Below are positions 7,579 through 19,596 of a stretch of 64,000 nt of DNA, in pieces. This DNA comes from Vicinamibacteria bacterium. Its GTDB lineage: Bacteria > Acidobacteriota > Vicinamibacteria > Fen-336. Both the position numbers and the translations under genes were made by a program. The notes beneath the pieces were generated by a model. That model did not search any database and was not told the origin of the DNA. It saw nothing but the letters and a program-made list of their open reading frames with translations. The stretch lies in assembly GCA_050246895.1 (NCBI GenBank), contig JBFWVE010000001.1, positions 724,942 to 788,941 on the forward strand, in the 5' to 3' direction. The first letter of the stretch is position 1; each line of letters begins with the position of its first letter.

Positions 7579-8640
7579 GTGAACGCTGTCGGCGAGCTGT
7601 TGACCCTGGCGCTGCTGCCGGGACTGCGTCCGCGAGTCGTGCGGCCGCTGCTCGCGCGCGCCGCGCTGTGCGACAGCCTCGCCCGGCCCGAGAGCCACGC
7701 CGACCTCCTCGGCCCGCGGGCCGTCGAGGCGCTGTGCTCCGGCGCGGCGCGCCGGGCGGCGGTGGCCGAGCAGGAGCGGGCCCGTGCGGCGGGCGTCCGG
7801 CTGGTCGGCCTCGAGGACGCGGAGTACCCGCGCCACTTGCGGGAGATCTTCGATCCGCCGCCGGTCCTCTGGGTGCGCGGCGAGCTCGATCCCGAAGAGG
7901 GCGAACGGGCGATCGCCGTGGTCGGCTGTCGGGCAGCCACGCGCGAGGGCCTCGTGCTCGCGCGCGAGCTGGGACGGACCCTGGCCGCGGCGGGCGTGAG
8001 CGTCGTCTCCGGCCTCGCGCGCGGCATCGACACCGCGGCGCACGAGGGCGCCCTCGCGGCGCAAGGCCGCAGCATCGCCGTGCTGGGCTCCGGGCTCGAC
8101 GTCGTGTATCCGGCCGAAAACGTGGGCCTCGCGAAGGCCCTCTGCGCGCGAGGAGGAGCGGTGGTCTCCGAGGTGCCGCTCGGCCGCCGCGCACGCCCGG
8201 AGAGCTTCCCGCGGCGCAACCGCATCCTGGCCGGCTGGTCGACGGCTGTCGTCGTGGTCGAAGCCGGCGCCCGCTCCGGCGCGCTGATCACGGCCCGCTG
8301 CGCGCTCGACGAGGGTCGCGAGGTGATGGCCGTCCCCGGGCATCCGGGCCACGAGAACGCCGCCGGCACGAACGCGCTGATCCGCGACGGCGCCCGCCTC
8401 GTGCGCGACGCCCGCGACGTCCTCGAGGAGCTTGGCGTGGAGCTGCGCGAGGAGCCCAAGGCGGCGGCGGTGGCCGGCGAGGGCCTGCTGTCGGCGCTCG
8501 CCCGCAGCGTTCCGCGCAGCCTCGAGCAGCTCGTGGCCGCGACCGGCCGACCCGCCTCGGCGCTGCTCTCGGAGCTCGCCGTTCTCGAGGTCGAAGCCCG
8601 CGTCCGCCGGGTGCCCGGTGGCGCTTTCGTGCGGGCTTGA
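7579..8640 (+). CDS. dprA: DNA-processing protein DprA (Smf)
   Basis: 353 aa containing ..IAVVGCRAATREG..VSGLARGIDTAAHEGAL..IAVLGSGLDVVYPAEN..FPRRNRILAGWS.. (Rossmann-like DprA core). Confidence 0.92.
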   Translation: MNAVGELLTLALLPGLRPRVVRPLLARAALCDSLARPESHADLLGPRAVEALCSGAARRAAVAEQERARAAGVRLVGLEDAEYPRHLREIFDPPPVLWVRGELDPEEGERAIAVVGCRAATREGLVLARELGRTLAAAGVSVVSGLARGIDTAAHEGALAAQGRSIAVLGSGLDVVYPAENVGLAKALCARGGAVVSEVPLGRRARPESFPRRNRILAGWSTAVVVVEAGARSGALITARCALDEGREVMAVPGHPGHENAAGTNALIRDGARLVRDARDVLEELGVELREEPKAAAVAGEGLLSALARSVPRSLEQLVAATGRPASALLSELAVLEVEARVRRVPGGAFVRA

Positions 8641-8657
8641 CCTAATAATAGGTACCC

Positions 8658-11105
<2,448 letters not shown>

Positions 11106-11142
11106 GCGGCGGGCGCCGGCCGAGGCGCGCGATAATCCCCGG

Positions 11143-12489
11143 ATGAGCGCTCCCCGCGTCAGAGTCGTCGGTGGCGGCCTCGCCGGCTGCGAGGCAACCT
11201 GGCAGCTCGCCAGGCGCGGCGTGGGCGTCGACCTCTTCGAGATGCGTCCCGTGCGCGGGACGCCCGTTCACCAGACGGCCGATCTCGCCGAGCTCGTCTG
11301 CTCGAACAGCCTGCGCGGCAACGCCCTCGCGCAGGCGCCCGGCCTGCTCAAGGAGGAGATGCGCCGGCTCGACTCGCTGGTGATCCGCGTCGCCGACGCG
11401 GTGCGGGTGCCCGCCGGCAGCGCGCTCGCCGTCGATCGCGGCCAGTTCGCGCGCCGGGTCACCGAGGCGGTCGAGGCGCTGCCGGGCGTGCGGATCGAGC
11501 GCCGCGAGGTCGAGCGCATCCCTGACGCCCCGATCGTGATCGTGGCGACCGGGCCGCTCACCTCGGAGCCGCTGGCCCGCGACATCGCGGCGTTCGTGGG
11601 CGGCGAGCACCTGCACTTCTACGACGCGGTGAGCCCGGTGGTGGAGGCCGACAGCATCGACACCAGCAGGACCTTCCGCGCCTCGCGTTACGGCAAGGGT
11701 GGCGACGACTACCTGAACTGCCCCCTCGACGAGCCGCAGTACGCGGCTTTCCATGCCGCGCTGCGCGCCGCCGAGTGTGCCGAGATCAAGGATTTCGAGA
11801 AGGAGTTCTTCTTCGAGGGCTGCCTGCCGATCGAGGTGATCGCCAGCCGCGGCCCGGACACCCTGCGCTTCGGGCCGATGAAGCCCGTCGGCCTGGTGGA
11901 CCCGCGCAGCGGACGCCGGCCCTACGCCGTCGTGCAGCTGCGCCAGGACAACCTGGCCGCCAGCCACTTCTCGATCGTCGGCTTCCAGACCCACCTCAAG
12001 TGGGGCGAGCAGAAGCGGATCCTGCAGATGATCCCGGGGCTCGAGGCCGCGGAGTTCGTCCGCTTCGGCATGATCCACCGCAACACCTACGTGAACGCGC
12101 CCCGCACGCTCGAGCCGACCTTCGAGACGCGCCGCCGGCCGGGCCTCTTCTTCGCGGGCCAGATGTCGGGCGTCGAGGGCTACGTCGAGTCGGCCGCCTC
12201 GGGTCTGATCGCCGGCATCGGCGCGGCCCTCCGCGCGAAGGGGCAGGCGCCCATGCCGTTTCCCGAGGACACCGCGCACGGGGCCCTCGGTCGCTACATC
12301 GCCCGCTCCGACCCCGGGCATTATCAGCCGACGAACATCGCTTTCGGGCTGATCCCCGAGCTCGAGCAGCGGATCCGGGACAAGGCCAGGAAGCGCTTGG
12401 CGCTCGCGGAGAGGGCGCTCGCCAGCCTCGCCCGCTTCGAGGCCGAGCTCGAGGGCGCGCCCGCCCCGCTTCCCGCCACGCAGCCGTGA
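11143..12489 (+). CDS. trmFO: methylenetetrahydrofolate--tRNA-(uracil-5-)-methyltransferase TrmFO (Gid)
   Basis: An internal ATG (11143) of listed ORF 10762..12489 gives MSAPRVRVVGGGLAGCEATWQLARRG..LVCSNSLR..GQMSGVEGYVESAASG. Confidence 0.92.
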   Translation: MSAPRVRVVGGGLAGCEATWQLARRGVGVDLFEMRPVRGTPVHQTADLAELVCSNSLRGNALAQAPGLLKEEMRRLDSLVIRVADAVRVPAGSALAVDRGQFARRVTEAVEALPGVRIERREVERIPDAPIVIVATGPLTSEPLARDIAAFVGGEHLHFYDAVSPVVEADSIDTSRTFRASRYGKGGDDYLNCPLDEPQYAAFHAALRAAECAEIKDFEKEFFFEGCLPIEVIASRGPDTLRFGPMKPVGLVDPRSGRRPYAVVQLRQDNLAASHFSIVGFQTHLKWGEQKRILQMIPGLEAAEFVRFGMIHRNTYVNAPRTLEPTFETRRRPGLFFAGQMSGVEGYVESAASGLIAGIGAALRAKGQAPMPFPEDTAHGALGRYIARSDPGHYQPTNIAFGLIPELEQRIRDKARKRLALAERALASLARFEAELEGAPAPLPATQP

Positions 12490-13367
12490 AGCGGTCGATC
12501 CAGGCCTTCCTGCGCCACCTCGGCGCCGAGCGGAACGCCTCGGCCCACACGCTGAAGGCCTACGGCAAGGATCTCGAGCAGTTCCGCGCCTACGCCCTTG
12601 GCGCCATTGGGCGCGATTTCCGGCCCGCGGAGGTGGATCACCTGCTGATCCGCTCCTTCCTGGCGTCGCTCCACCACGCGGGGCTGCGCAAGACCTCGTC
12701 GGCGCGCAAGCTGGCCGCGCTGCGGACGTTCTTTCGCTTCCTCTGCCGCGAGGGGGTCGTCGAGCGGAACCCGGCGCGCGTGCTGCTTGCGCCGAAGACC
12801 GAGAAGCGGGTCCCCGCGCACCTCGACGAAGCCGACGCCGCCCGCCTCGTCGAGGTCTCCGGGGTGCGCGACACCGACCTCCGGGCTCGGGCCATCCTGG
12901 AGCTGCTCTACGCGACCGGGATCCGCTGCGCGGAGCTCGTCGGGCTCGACGTGGCCGAAGTCGACCTGCCCGGCCGAATGGTCCGAGTACTGGGCAAAGG
13001 CCGAAAGGAACGCGTCGTGCCTTTCGGCGGCGCGGCGCTGCGGGCGCTCCAGGCCTGGATGCGGGTCCGCGGCCGCCTGAGACCCCGGACGGATGCGCTG
13101 TTCGTCAACCGCAGAGGAGAACGCATCAGCGACCGGAGCGTAAGAGCCCTCGTCTCCCACCGCGTCCGGGAGGTAGCACTTGCGCAGACCGTCAGTCCCC
13201 ACACGCTGCGGCACAGCTTCGCGACACACCTCCTCCAGCGGGGGGCAGATCTTCGTTCGATTCAAGAGCTTCTGGGCCATGCCAGCCTCTCCACGACGCA
13301 GCGCTACACCCACGTCAACATGCGTCAGATTCTGGATATCTATAGGAAGGTACATCCGAGGGCCTGA
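12486..13367 (+). CDS. xerC: tyrosine recombinase XerC/XerD family
   Basis: GTG at 12486 overlaps the trmFO stop (GTGA). 293 aa with ..AHTLKAYGKDLEQF.., ..ELLYATGIRCAELVGL.., ..VSPHTLRHSFATHLL..GADLRSIQELLGHASLSTTQRYTHV (R-H-R-Y catalytic signature). Position is syntenic: trmFO-xerC-hslVU. Confidence 0.88.
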   Translation: MKRSIQAFLRHLGAERNASAHTLKAYGKDLEQFRAYALGAIGRDFRPAEVDHLLIRSFLASLHHAGLRKTSSARKLAALRTFFRFLCREGVVERNPARVLLAPKTEKRVPAHLDEADAARLVEVSGVRDTDLRARAILELLYATGIRCAELVGLDVAEVDLPGRMVRVLGKGRKERVVPFGGAALRALQAWMRVRGRLRPRTDALFVNRRGERISDRSVRALVSHRVREVALAQTVSPHTLRHSFATHLLQRGADLRSIQELLGHASLSTTQRYTHVNMRQILDIYRKVHPRA

Positions 13368-13492
13368 TGCCAGACGATCAGGTCTGGTTATATACAGATT
13401 ATTTGAGTTCCGAGTGGATTTGGACCCCCTCATCTGCCCTGAACCCTCGGACCGCAGCTCATCCCACACCGACCATCATCTGCCTATAGACA

Positions 13493-14149
13493 GTGATGAG
13501 TCCAGGTGACACCCAGCGACGTCTCAGACTAGTGCGGGGCATGGCGCCAACCGACGAGGATCTCGTGCTCGCATTCCAGGGTGGGGACACGTCCGCTTTC
13601 GACCTGCTGGTGCGGCGTTGGGACCGGAAGATCCAGGGCGCGGCCTTCCGCGTGCTCGGGTCCGACGACGAGGCGCGCGACGTCTCGCAGGAGGCCTTCC
13701 TCAAGGCCTTCCGCGGCCTGGGAGGCTTCAAGCGGGAGGCGCGCTTCTCATCCTGGCTCTACCAGATCGCGCTCAACCTGTGCCGCGACCGGCTGCGGCG
13801 GCGCAAAGGCCGCGAGATGCTGAGCCTCGACGTGCTGGAGGACAACGGCCAGGGCCTGCCGGGGCCCGCCCCCACGGCCTTCGACCTCGTCGAGGCAAGC
13901 GACGTCGCGCGCGTGGTGGCAGCCGCCGTTCAGCAGCTCTCCGACGAGCAGCGCGAGGCCGTGATCCTGAAGGAGTACCAGGGCCTGACCTTCCCCGAGA
14001 TCGCCGAGGTCCTCGGGGTGCCGGTCTCGACCGTCAAGACCCGTCTGTACCGCGCGCTGTCGCAGCTGCGAACGCTGCTGGAGGCACGCGGCCTCGGAGA
14101 CGTCCCCCCGGCGCAGGAGAGGAACCATGGACTGTACGACCGCTCGTGA
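13493..14149 (+). CDS. ECF-type RNA polymerase sigma factor (sigma-70 family, group 4)
   Basis: ..DEDLVLAFQGGDTSAFDLLVRRWDRKI..DVSQEAFLKAFRGL..SWLYQIALNLCRD.. (region 2) and ..EYQGLTFPEIAEVLGVPVSTVKTRLYRA (region 4). The start is uncertain: GTG 13493, ATG 13496 or, most family-like, ATG 13541 (MAPTDEDL..). Confidence 0.88.
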   Translation: MMSPGDTQRRLRLVRGMAPTDEDLVLAFQGGDTSAFDLLVRRWDRKIQGAAFRVLGSDDEARDVSQEAFLKAFRGLGGFKREARFSSWLYQIALNLCRDRLRRRKGREMLSLDVLEDNGQGLPGPAPTAFDLVEASDVARVVAAAVQQLSDEQREAVILKEYQGLTFPEIAEVLGVPVSTVKTRLYRALSQLRTLLEARGLGDVPPAQERNHGLYDRS

Positions 14150-14822
14150 ACGCAGCGTCGAGCTGCTCTACGGCGAGGCCGATGCCGAGACGCGCGGCCT
14201 GCTCGAGGAGCACCACGCCGCCTGCGAGGCCTGCCGCGCGGACATCGAGGCGCTGCGCGGCGTGCGGCGCACGCTCGGCCAGTGGAAGCTGCCCTTCTCC
14301 GTCGAGCGCCCGGTGCGCCTCGAGCTGCCGCGGCGGGCTTCGCGCTGGCCGCTCGTGGCCGCTGCTGCCGGCCTGATCCTCGCGACCGGGCTCTCGCTGC
14401 GCCTCGCCAACGCCCGTGTCGAGCTGCGCGGCGGCCCGCTGCAGTTCTCGCTGGGCGGGCCGTCGGCGAGCCAGATCGAAGCCCGCCTGGCCGCCCAGGA
14501 GAAGCGCCACAACGACGAGCTGTGGGCGCTCGCGGCACGCGTCGAGCAGGTCGCCGCGGTCCCCGCGGCCGGCGAGGGCGCGCCGGCCGGGGACGAGACG
14601 CTCGCGGAGCTGCGCCGCCTCGTCTCGCTCGAGAGCCGCCGCCAGCAGCAGGAGCTGCGCGCCAGCCTGGCCCGCTACGAGGAGCGCGCCGAGGCCCGCC
14701 GCCGCTACGACCTCGCGCGCGTCAGCGCCGGGCTGTCGTATCTCGAAGGCCGCACGGGCCAGCAGGTCGCGCGCACCACCGAGCTGATGAACTACGTGCT
14801 GAAGGCGTCCCAGGAGAAGTGA
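14127..14822 (+). CDS. anti-sigma factor, zinc-finger (ZAS, HxxxCxxC) type, single-pass membrane
   Basis: 231 aa, overlapping the sigma gene by 23 nt. It has MDCTTARERSVELLYGE..EEHHAACEAC (H-x3-C-x2-C) and a TM helix RWPLVAAAAGLILATGLSL. The C-terminus is a coiled coil. Confidence 0.75.
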   Translation: MDCTTARERSVELLYGEADAETRGLLEEHHAACEACRADIEALRGVRRTLGQWKLPFSVERPVRLELPRRASRWPLVAAAAGLILATGLSLRLANARVELRGGPLQFSLGGPSASQIEARLAAQEKRHNDELWALAARVEQVAAVPAAGEGAPAGDETLAELRRLVSLESRRQQQELRASLARYEERAEARRRYDLARVSAGLSYLEGRTGQQVARTTELMNYVLKASQEK

Positions 14823-14827
14823 CGACC

Positions 14828-15889
14828 ATGCGCCGCACACTGTCGCTCGTCCCGCTGCTGCTCGCCGGAGCGCTCACAACGGCCGCCCAGCCACCCGCCA
14901 GTCCGGCGCGGCGCGCCCGCGCGGACGTCTCGAGCCCCCACGAGCTGCTGGCGCGCCTCGAGCAGGCGCTCGATCGGGCCGTCCGCCACGTGAGCCGCCC
15001 GACCGCGGTCCACGCGCTCGGCATCTCGGCGGCATGCCGCGGCTACTACCTCGCCGGCTACGGTGCGGTCTTCGTCCTGCCGCCGCAGGGCCTGCCCGGC
15101 GAGCGCCCGACCGTCGTGGTCCGCCGCCTCCCGCAGCGCCGGCCCGCGCCCCGCTCCTCGCCCGCGGCCGAGGGCGGCGCGCTCCCAGCGCCCGCGCCCG
15201 GGTCCGAGCTGGACCTGTTCCTCGACCCCGAGCTACGGCCGCTGCTCGAGGGCCAGGACGCGCAGGTCCGCCGGATGGAGCGCCAACTCCTCGAGTTCCA
15301 GCATCAGGTCGAGGCCTTCCAGCGCGACGCGGAGCTGGCCCGCGAGGCCGCCGACCGCAACCTGCAGCAAATGGCCCAGCAGGTCCGGATCCGGCTCGGG
15401 AGCGTGCCCGAAGGCGCGCTCGAGTGGGTGGTGCTGCAGCCGCCCGACGCCGTCGCGCCGGTAGCCGCGGTCCCGGCCGCGCCCGCAGCCCCCCCGGCGC
15501 CGGGTGCCCCGGCAGCGGCCCCCGCCGCCCCCGTCACGGCGCCGGCTCCCGTCGCGCCACCCGCGCCCCCAGCCCCCCCGTGGCGCTTCTGGTTCCGCGG
15601 CGACGAGGACGTCGACCCGCGCACGCCGGAGCGGGTGGTGACCGACGTGCGCCAGGCGATCGTCGAAGCTCTCGAAGCGCACGGCCACCTGCTCGCGGTG
15701 GTACCGCCCCAGGAGCTCGTCACGGTGGCGGTCGATTTCACGACGCCGCTATTCGCGCTGGGCGCCGAGCGGCCGCGGCCCGAGCGCACGCTCGTGCTGC
15801 GCGTCCGCAAGAAGGATCTCGAGGAGCGTGCCGCCGGCCGCCTCGCCTCCGACGAGCTGCGCCGCCGCGTGGAGGTGCTCGAGTACTGA
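14828..15889 (+). CDS. hypothetical secreted protein (coiled-coil plus Pro/Ala-rich linker) co-transcribed with the ECF/anti-sigma pair
   Basis: An internal ATG (14828) of listed ORF 14282..15889 gives 353 aa. Signal peptide MRRTLSLVPLLLAGALTTAAQ. PA-rich stretch AVPAAPAAPPAPGAPAAAPAAPVTAPAPVAPPAPPAPP. Confidence 0.55.
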   Translation: MRRTLSLVPLLLAGALTTAAQPPASPARRARADVSSPHELLARLEQALDRAVRHVSRPTAVHALGISAACRGYYLAGYGAVFVLPPQGLPGERPTVVVRRLPQRRPAPRSSPAAEGGALPAPAPGSELDLFLDPELRPLLEGQDAQVRRMERQLLEFQHQVEAFQRDAELAREAADRNLQQMAQQVRIRLGSVPEGALEWVVLQPPDAVAPVAAVPAAPAAPPAPGAPAAAPAAPVTAPAPVAPPAPPAPPWRFWFRGDEDVDPRTPERVVTDVRQAIVEALEAHGHLLAVVPPQELVTVAVDFTTPLFALGAERPRPERTLVLRVRKKDLEERAAGRLASDELRRRVEVLEY

Positions 15890-15920
15890 GCGGCCGCTCC
15901 GCCTGGCGCCGCGGCAGGCT

Positions 15921-16307
15921 TCAGCGCCGCAGCAGCAGCCAGAGCGTCGCGAGCGCGAGCGCCCCGTCGCTGCCGGCGAAGAGCAGGAAGCTCGCGGGCG
16001 AGCCGCGCAGCAGGTGGTCGAGCACGAAGACCACCACGCCCAGTCCCTTCGCCAGCACCCCGGCCACCCACAGATAGCCGCGGCGCGCCTCGACGTCGCG
16101 GGCCGCCCAGAAGTAGCCGGCCGCCAGGCTCAGCGTGAAGGCGCCGTTCAGGTTCGCGTTCACGATCGGCACGGGCTCGGGCGCCCCGAACAGGCGGGCG
16201 ACCGCCACCGGCGCCAGCAGCAGCGGCAGCCCCAGGGCGAGGTCGTAGACGCCCGACGCCAGGGCCAGCGTCCGCAACGCCCTGCCCGAGGCCGCGCCCG
16301 TGCTCAC
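15921..16307 (-). CDS. small hypothetical integral membrane protein (about 4 TM)
   Basis: 128 aa, hydrophobic throughout (..[17 protein letters not shown].., ..[13 protein letters not shown].., ..[11 protein letters not shown]). No family recognised. Confidence 0.5.
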   Translation of the reverse strand: MSTGAASGRALRTLALASGVYDLALGLPLLLAPVAVARLFGAPEPVPIVNANLNGAFTLSLAAGYFWAARDVEARRGYLWVAGVLAKGLGVVVFVLDHLLRGSPASFLLFAGSDGALALATLWLLLRR

Positions 16308-16387
16308 GCCGCCGATCCTCGCACGTCCTTATGCTAATGTTCCTCGGTCCCCCGCCGGGAAGAATCCCCCGCGCCGGCGCTGCCGCC

Positions 16388-16930
16388 ATGCCCCGAAGCT
16401 CCGCCATCCACGGCACCACGATCCTCGCCGTCCGCCATCGCGGCCGCTCGGTGATCGCCGGCGACGGCCAGGTCAGCCTGGGCCAGACGATCGTCAAGCA
16501 GGGCGCGCGCAAGCTGCGCCGCTTCCACGACGGCAGGGTGATCGCCGGCTTCGCCGGCTCGGCGGCCGACGGGCTGTCGCTGCTCGCCAAGTTCGAGGCC
16601 AAGCTCGAGGAGCACCGCGGCCAGCTCGAACGCGCCGCCGTGGAGCTCGCCCGCGACTGGCGCTCGGACCGGGTGCTGCGGCGGCTCGAGGCCTTCCTGA
16701 TCGTTGCCGACCGCGAGTCCTCGTTCCTGCTCTCGGGCACGGGCGACGTGATCGCTCCGGACGACGGGCTGCTCGCCGTCGGCTCCGGCGGGGCCTACGC
16801 GCTCGCCGCCGCTCGCGCGCTCGTGCGCCACTCGGAGCTGGACGCCGAGGCCGTCGCCCGCGAGGCGCTGCTGATCGCCGCCGGCATCTGCGTCTACACC
16901 AACGACCAGATCAGCCTGGAAGCGATCTAG
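16388..16930 (+). CDS. hslV: ATP-dependent protease subunit HslV (ClpQ)
   Basis: An internal ATG (16388) gives [63 protein letters not shown] short propeptide precedes the catalytic Thr, as in Bacillus ClpQ. Confidence 0.93.
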   Translation: MPRSSAIHGTTILAVRHRGRSVIAGDGQVSLGQTIVKQGARKLRRFHDGRVIAGFAGSAADGLSLLAKFEAKLEEHRGQLERAAVELARDWRSDRVLRRLEAFLIVADRESSFLLSGTGDVIAPDDGLLAVGSGGAYALAAARALVRHSELDAEAVAREALLIAAGICVYTNDQISLEAI

Positions 16931-16933
16931 CCG

Positions 16934-18334
16934 GTGCCGATCTACCTGCCGGCCTCGTTGGACCAGGCCGCGGCCGCCCACGACGAGCTGACGCCCCGCC
17001 AGATCGTGGCCGAGCTCGACCGCTCCGTGGTCGGGCAGCAGAGCGCGAAGCGCGCCGTCGCGATCGCCCTGCGCAATCGCATCCGGCGTCGGCGGCTGTC
17101 GCCCGAGATGGCCGCCGAGGTCACGCCCAAGAACATCCTGATGATCGGCCCGACCGGCGTCGGCAAGACCGAGATCGCCCGCCGGCTCGCCCGGCTCTCG
17201 GGCAGTCCGTTCGTGAAGGTCGAGGCGTCGAAGTTCACCGAGGTCGGCTACGTCGGGCGTGACGTCGAGTCGATGCTGCGCGACCTGGTGGAGGCCGCCG
17301 TCGAGATGGTCCGCAAGGAGAAGCTCGCCGAGGTCCGCGAGCGGGCGGAACAGGCGGCCGAGGAGCGTCTCCTCGACCTGCTGCTGCCGCCGCCCGCCCC
17401 CGCGCCCCCCGGCGCCGACCCCGGCCAGGAACCACAGCGCGCCAGGCCCGCCTTCGACGCCACGCGCGAGAAGCTGCGGCAGCAGTTGCGCGCCGGCCTG
17501 CTCGACGAGCGACGCGTCGAGATCGAGGTCAAGGAGGGCGGCTCCCCGATGCTGCAGGTCCTCGGTCCGCGCGGCGTCGAGGAGATGGATCTCAACCTGA
17601 AGGACCTGATGCCGGGCCTGTTCGGGGGCCGCACGCGCCGGCGTGAGCTGCGCCTGCCCGAGGCCCGCGAGGCGCTGCGCCAGGAGGAGGCTGCGCGGCT
17701 CGTCGACGCAGACGAGATCCGCCGCCTGGCGCTCGAGCGCGCGCAGCAGGACGGCATCATCTTCATCGACGAGCTCGACAAGGTCGCCGGGCGCGAGGGC
17801 GGCCACGGGCCCGAGGTCTCGCGCGAGGGCGTGCAGCGCGACCTGCTGCCGATCGTCGAGGGCACCACGGTCACCACCAAGCACGGGCCCGTCCAGACGG
17901 ACCACGTGCTGTTCATCGCGGCCGGCGCCTTCCACGTGAGCAAGCCGAGCGACCTGATCCCGGAGCTGCAGGGCCGCTTCCCGATCCGGGTCGAGCTCGA
18001 CCCGCTCGGCGAGGAGGACCTGGTGCGGATCCTGACCGAGCCGCGCGGCGCGCTGCTCAAGCAGTACCAGGCGCTGCTCGGCAGCGAAGGCGTCGAGCTC
18101 GAGCTCAGCCAGGACGCGGTGCGCGAGATCGCGCGATTCGCGATGGAGGTCAACGCCGCGACCGAGGACATCGGGGCGCGCCGGCTGGCGACGATCCTCG
18201 AGGCGCTGCTCGAGGAGGCCTCCTTCTCCGCGCCCGACTCCGGGCCGCAGCGCGTGGCACTCGACGCAGCGGACGTCCGCGCCCGCCTCGCGCCGCTCGT
18301 CAAGGACCGCGACCTCTCGCGCTACATCCTATGA
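16934..18334 (+). CDS. hslU: ATP-dependent protease ATPase subunit HslU (ClpY)
   Basis: 466 aa with ..[59 protein letters not shown].. Confidence 0.96.
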   Translation: MPIYLPASLDQAAAAHDELTPRQIVAELDRSVVGQQSAKRAVAIALRNRIRRRRLSPEMAAEVTPKNILMIGPTGVGKTEIARRLARLSGSPFVKVEASKFTEVGYVGRDVESMLRDLVEAAVEMVRKEKLAEVRERAEQAAEERLLDLLLPPPAPAPPGADPGQEPQRARPAFDATREKLRQQLRAGLLDERRVEIEVKEGGSPMLQVLGPRGVEEMDLNLKDLMPGLFGGRTRRRELRLPEAREALRQEEAARLVDADEIRRLALERAQQDGIIFIDELDKVAGREGGHGPEVSREGVQRDLLPIVEGTTVTTKHGPVQTDHVLFIAAGAFHVSKPSDLIPELQGRFPIRVELDPLGEEDLVRILTEPRGALLKQYQALLGSEGVELELSQDAVREIARFAMEVNAATEDIGARRLATILEALLEEASFSAPDSGPQRVALDAADVRARLAPLVKDRDLSRYIL

Positions 18335-19596
18335 AGAGCCGAGCGCTCGCCCTCCTGCTCGCCGGGCTCGCAGCCGCCCCAGCCTGCGGCAAGCGCGGCG
18401 ATCCGCTGCCGCCGCAGCGCATCGTGCCGCAGCCGGTCTCCGAGCTGCGCCTGATCCAGCGCGGCGACGAGCTGATCCTGAGCTTCGTGGCGCCGCGCGC
18501 GGCGACCGACGGGTCGCGGCTGCCGGTGCTCGACGTCGAGCTCCAGCGCGCGACCGGCGAGGGCGACTTCGAGGCGCTCGCGCAGAAGGAGAGCCTGAAG
18601 GCGGCGCCCGGCGAGGCGCTCGCGCGCAGCGGACCGCTGCCGGCCCCTGGCACCGTCGTGCGCGCCGCCGCGCGCGCTTTCGCGCGGAATCGCGCCTCCA
18701 CGCGCTCGGCGATCGCCAGCTTGCGAGTGCTGACGCCGCCGCTCGCGCCCGGGCCTCTGCGCGCGGCGCCCGCTCCGCTCGGCGTCGCGCTCGAGTGGAC
18801 CTACCCGGTCGATCCGGCGAGCATCAAGCCCCCGGAGCCCGAGCCGTCCCCGAGCCCGTCGGCGCGCCCGGGCGCCCCCGCGGCCTCGCGTTCGCCCGCG
18901 AGCCCGGCCTCTCCGGCGGCCGTCGGGGCGCCACTGGCCGCGCCCGCACCGCCGGCTGCTCCCCCGACCGCGGCGCCCTCGGCCCCGGCCACCGGCGCCG
19001 TGCCCGCGCCGAGTCCCGTCGCCGCGAGCCCGGCCGCGCCAGCCGGTGCGCCGCCGGCGCCTGGCGTCTCGCCGTCTCCGAGGCCGAGCCCCTCGCCCAC
19101 GCCCCAGCCGCCGGGCTTCCTCGTCTACCGTCGCGCCAAGCTCGGGGTCTACGCCGCGGCGCTCGCACCGAAACCGACGCTGCTGCTGGGTTATCTCGAC
19201 GAGGCCGTGACGCCCGGCGAGGAGTGGTGCTACGTCGTGCGTTTCGCGCTGCGGACGGACCCGCTCGCCGAGAGCGCCTCCTCGCCCGAGGCCTGCGTCG
19301 AGGTGCGCGACGTGGCGCCGCCCGCGGCGCCGCTCGGCCTGGCGCTGCTCGCTCGGCCCGAGGGCGTCGAGATCTCCTGGAGCGCGTCGCCAGAGCCCGA
19401 CCTCGCGGTCTATCGCGTCTACCGCGCCGAAGGGCCGGACGCGACACCCGTGCGGATCGCCGAGCTGCCCGCCGGGCAGACCGAGCACGTGGACGAGACG
19501 GCGGCCGCGGGCACGCTCTACGTCTACAGCCTGGGCGCCGTCGACAGCGCCGGCAACGAGAGCCCGCGCTCGACCTCGGCGCAGATCCGCCGATGA
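18331..19596 (+). CDS. lipoprotein with long Pro/Ala/Ser-rich linker and C-terminal fibronectin-type-III-like domain
   Basis: The ATG overlaps the hslU stop (ATGA). Lipobox [11 protein letters not shown] low-complexity run of about 95 aa ([12 protein letters not shown]...PSPTPQPPG) follows. C-terminus: ..[38 protein letters not shown] (FN3-like). Confidence 0.6.
   Translation: MKSRALALLLAGLAAAPACGKRGDPLPPQRIVPQPVSELRLIQRGDELILSFVAPRAATDGSRLPVLDVELQRATGEGDFEALAQKESLKAAPGEALARSGPLPAPGTVVRAAARAFARNRASTRSAIASLRVLTPPLAPGPLRAAPAPLGVALEWTYPVDPASIKPPEPEPSPSPSARPGAPAASRSPASPASPAAVGAPLAAPAPPAAPPTAAPSAPATGAVPAPSPVAASPAAPAGAPPAPGVSPSPRPSPSPTPQPPGFLVYRRAKLGVYAAALAPKPTLLLGYLDEAVTPGEEWCYVVRFALRTDPLAESASSPEACVEVRDVAPPAAPLGLALLARPEGVEISWSASPEPDLAVYRVYRAEGPDATPVRIAELPAGQTEHVDETAAAGTLYVYSLGAVDSAGNESPRSTSAQIRR

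Noticed and set aside
12486-13367. Tyrosine recombinase as the integrase of a mobile element or genomic island.
   Set aside because: It sits in the conserved trmFO-xerC-hslVU position and overlaps trmFO by GTGA. I could see no flanking att-like direct repeats, tRNA target or phage/plasmid genes. It is best read as chromosomal XerC/CodV. The adjacent GC trough is reported separately.
18830-19110. Pro/Ala/Ser-rich region of the lipoprotein gene (and 15440-15580 in the ECF-linked gene) as DNA-level tandem repeats or contingency loci.
   Set aside because: I found no exact nucleotide repeat unit by eye. These are compositionally biased linkers rather than microsatellites.
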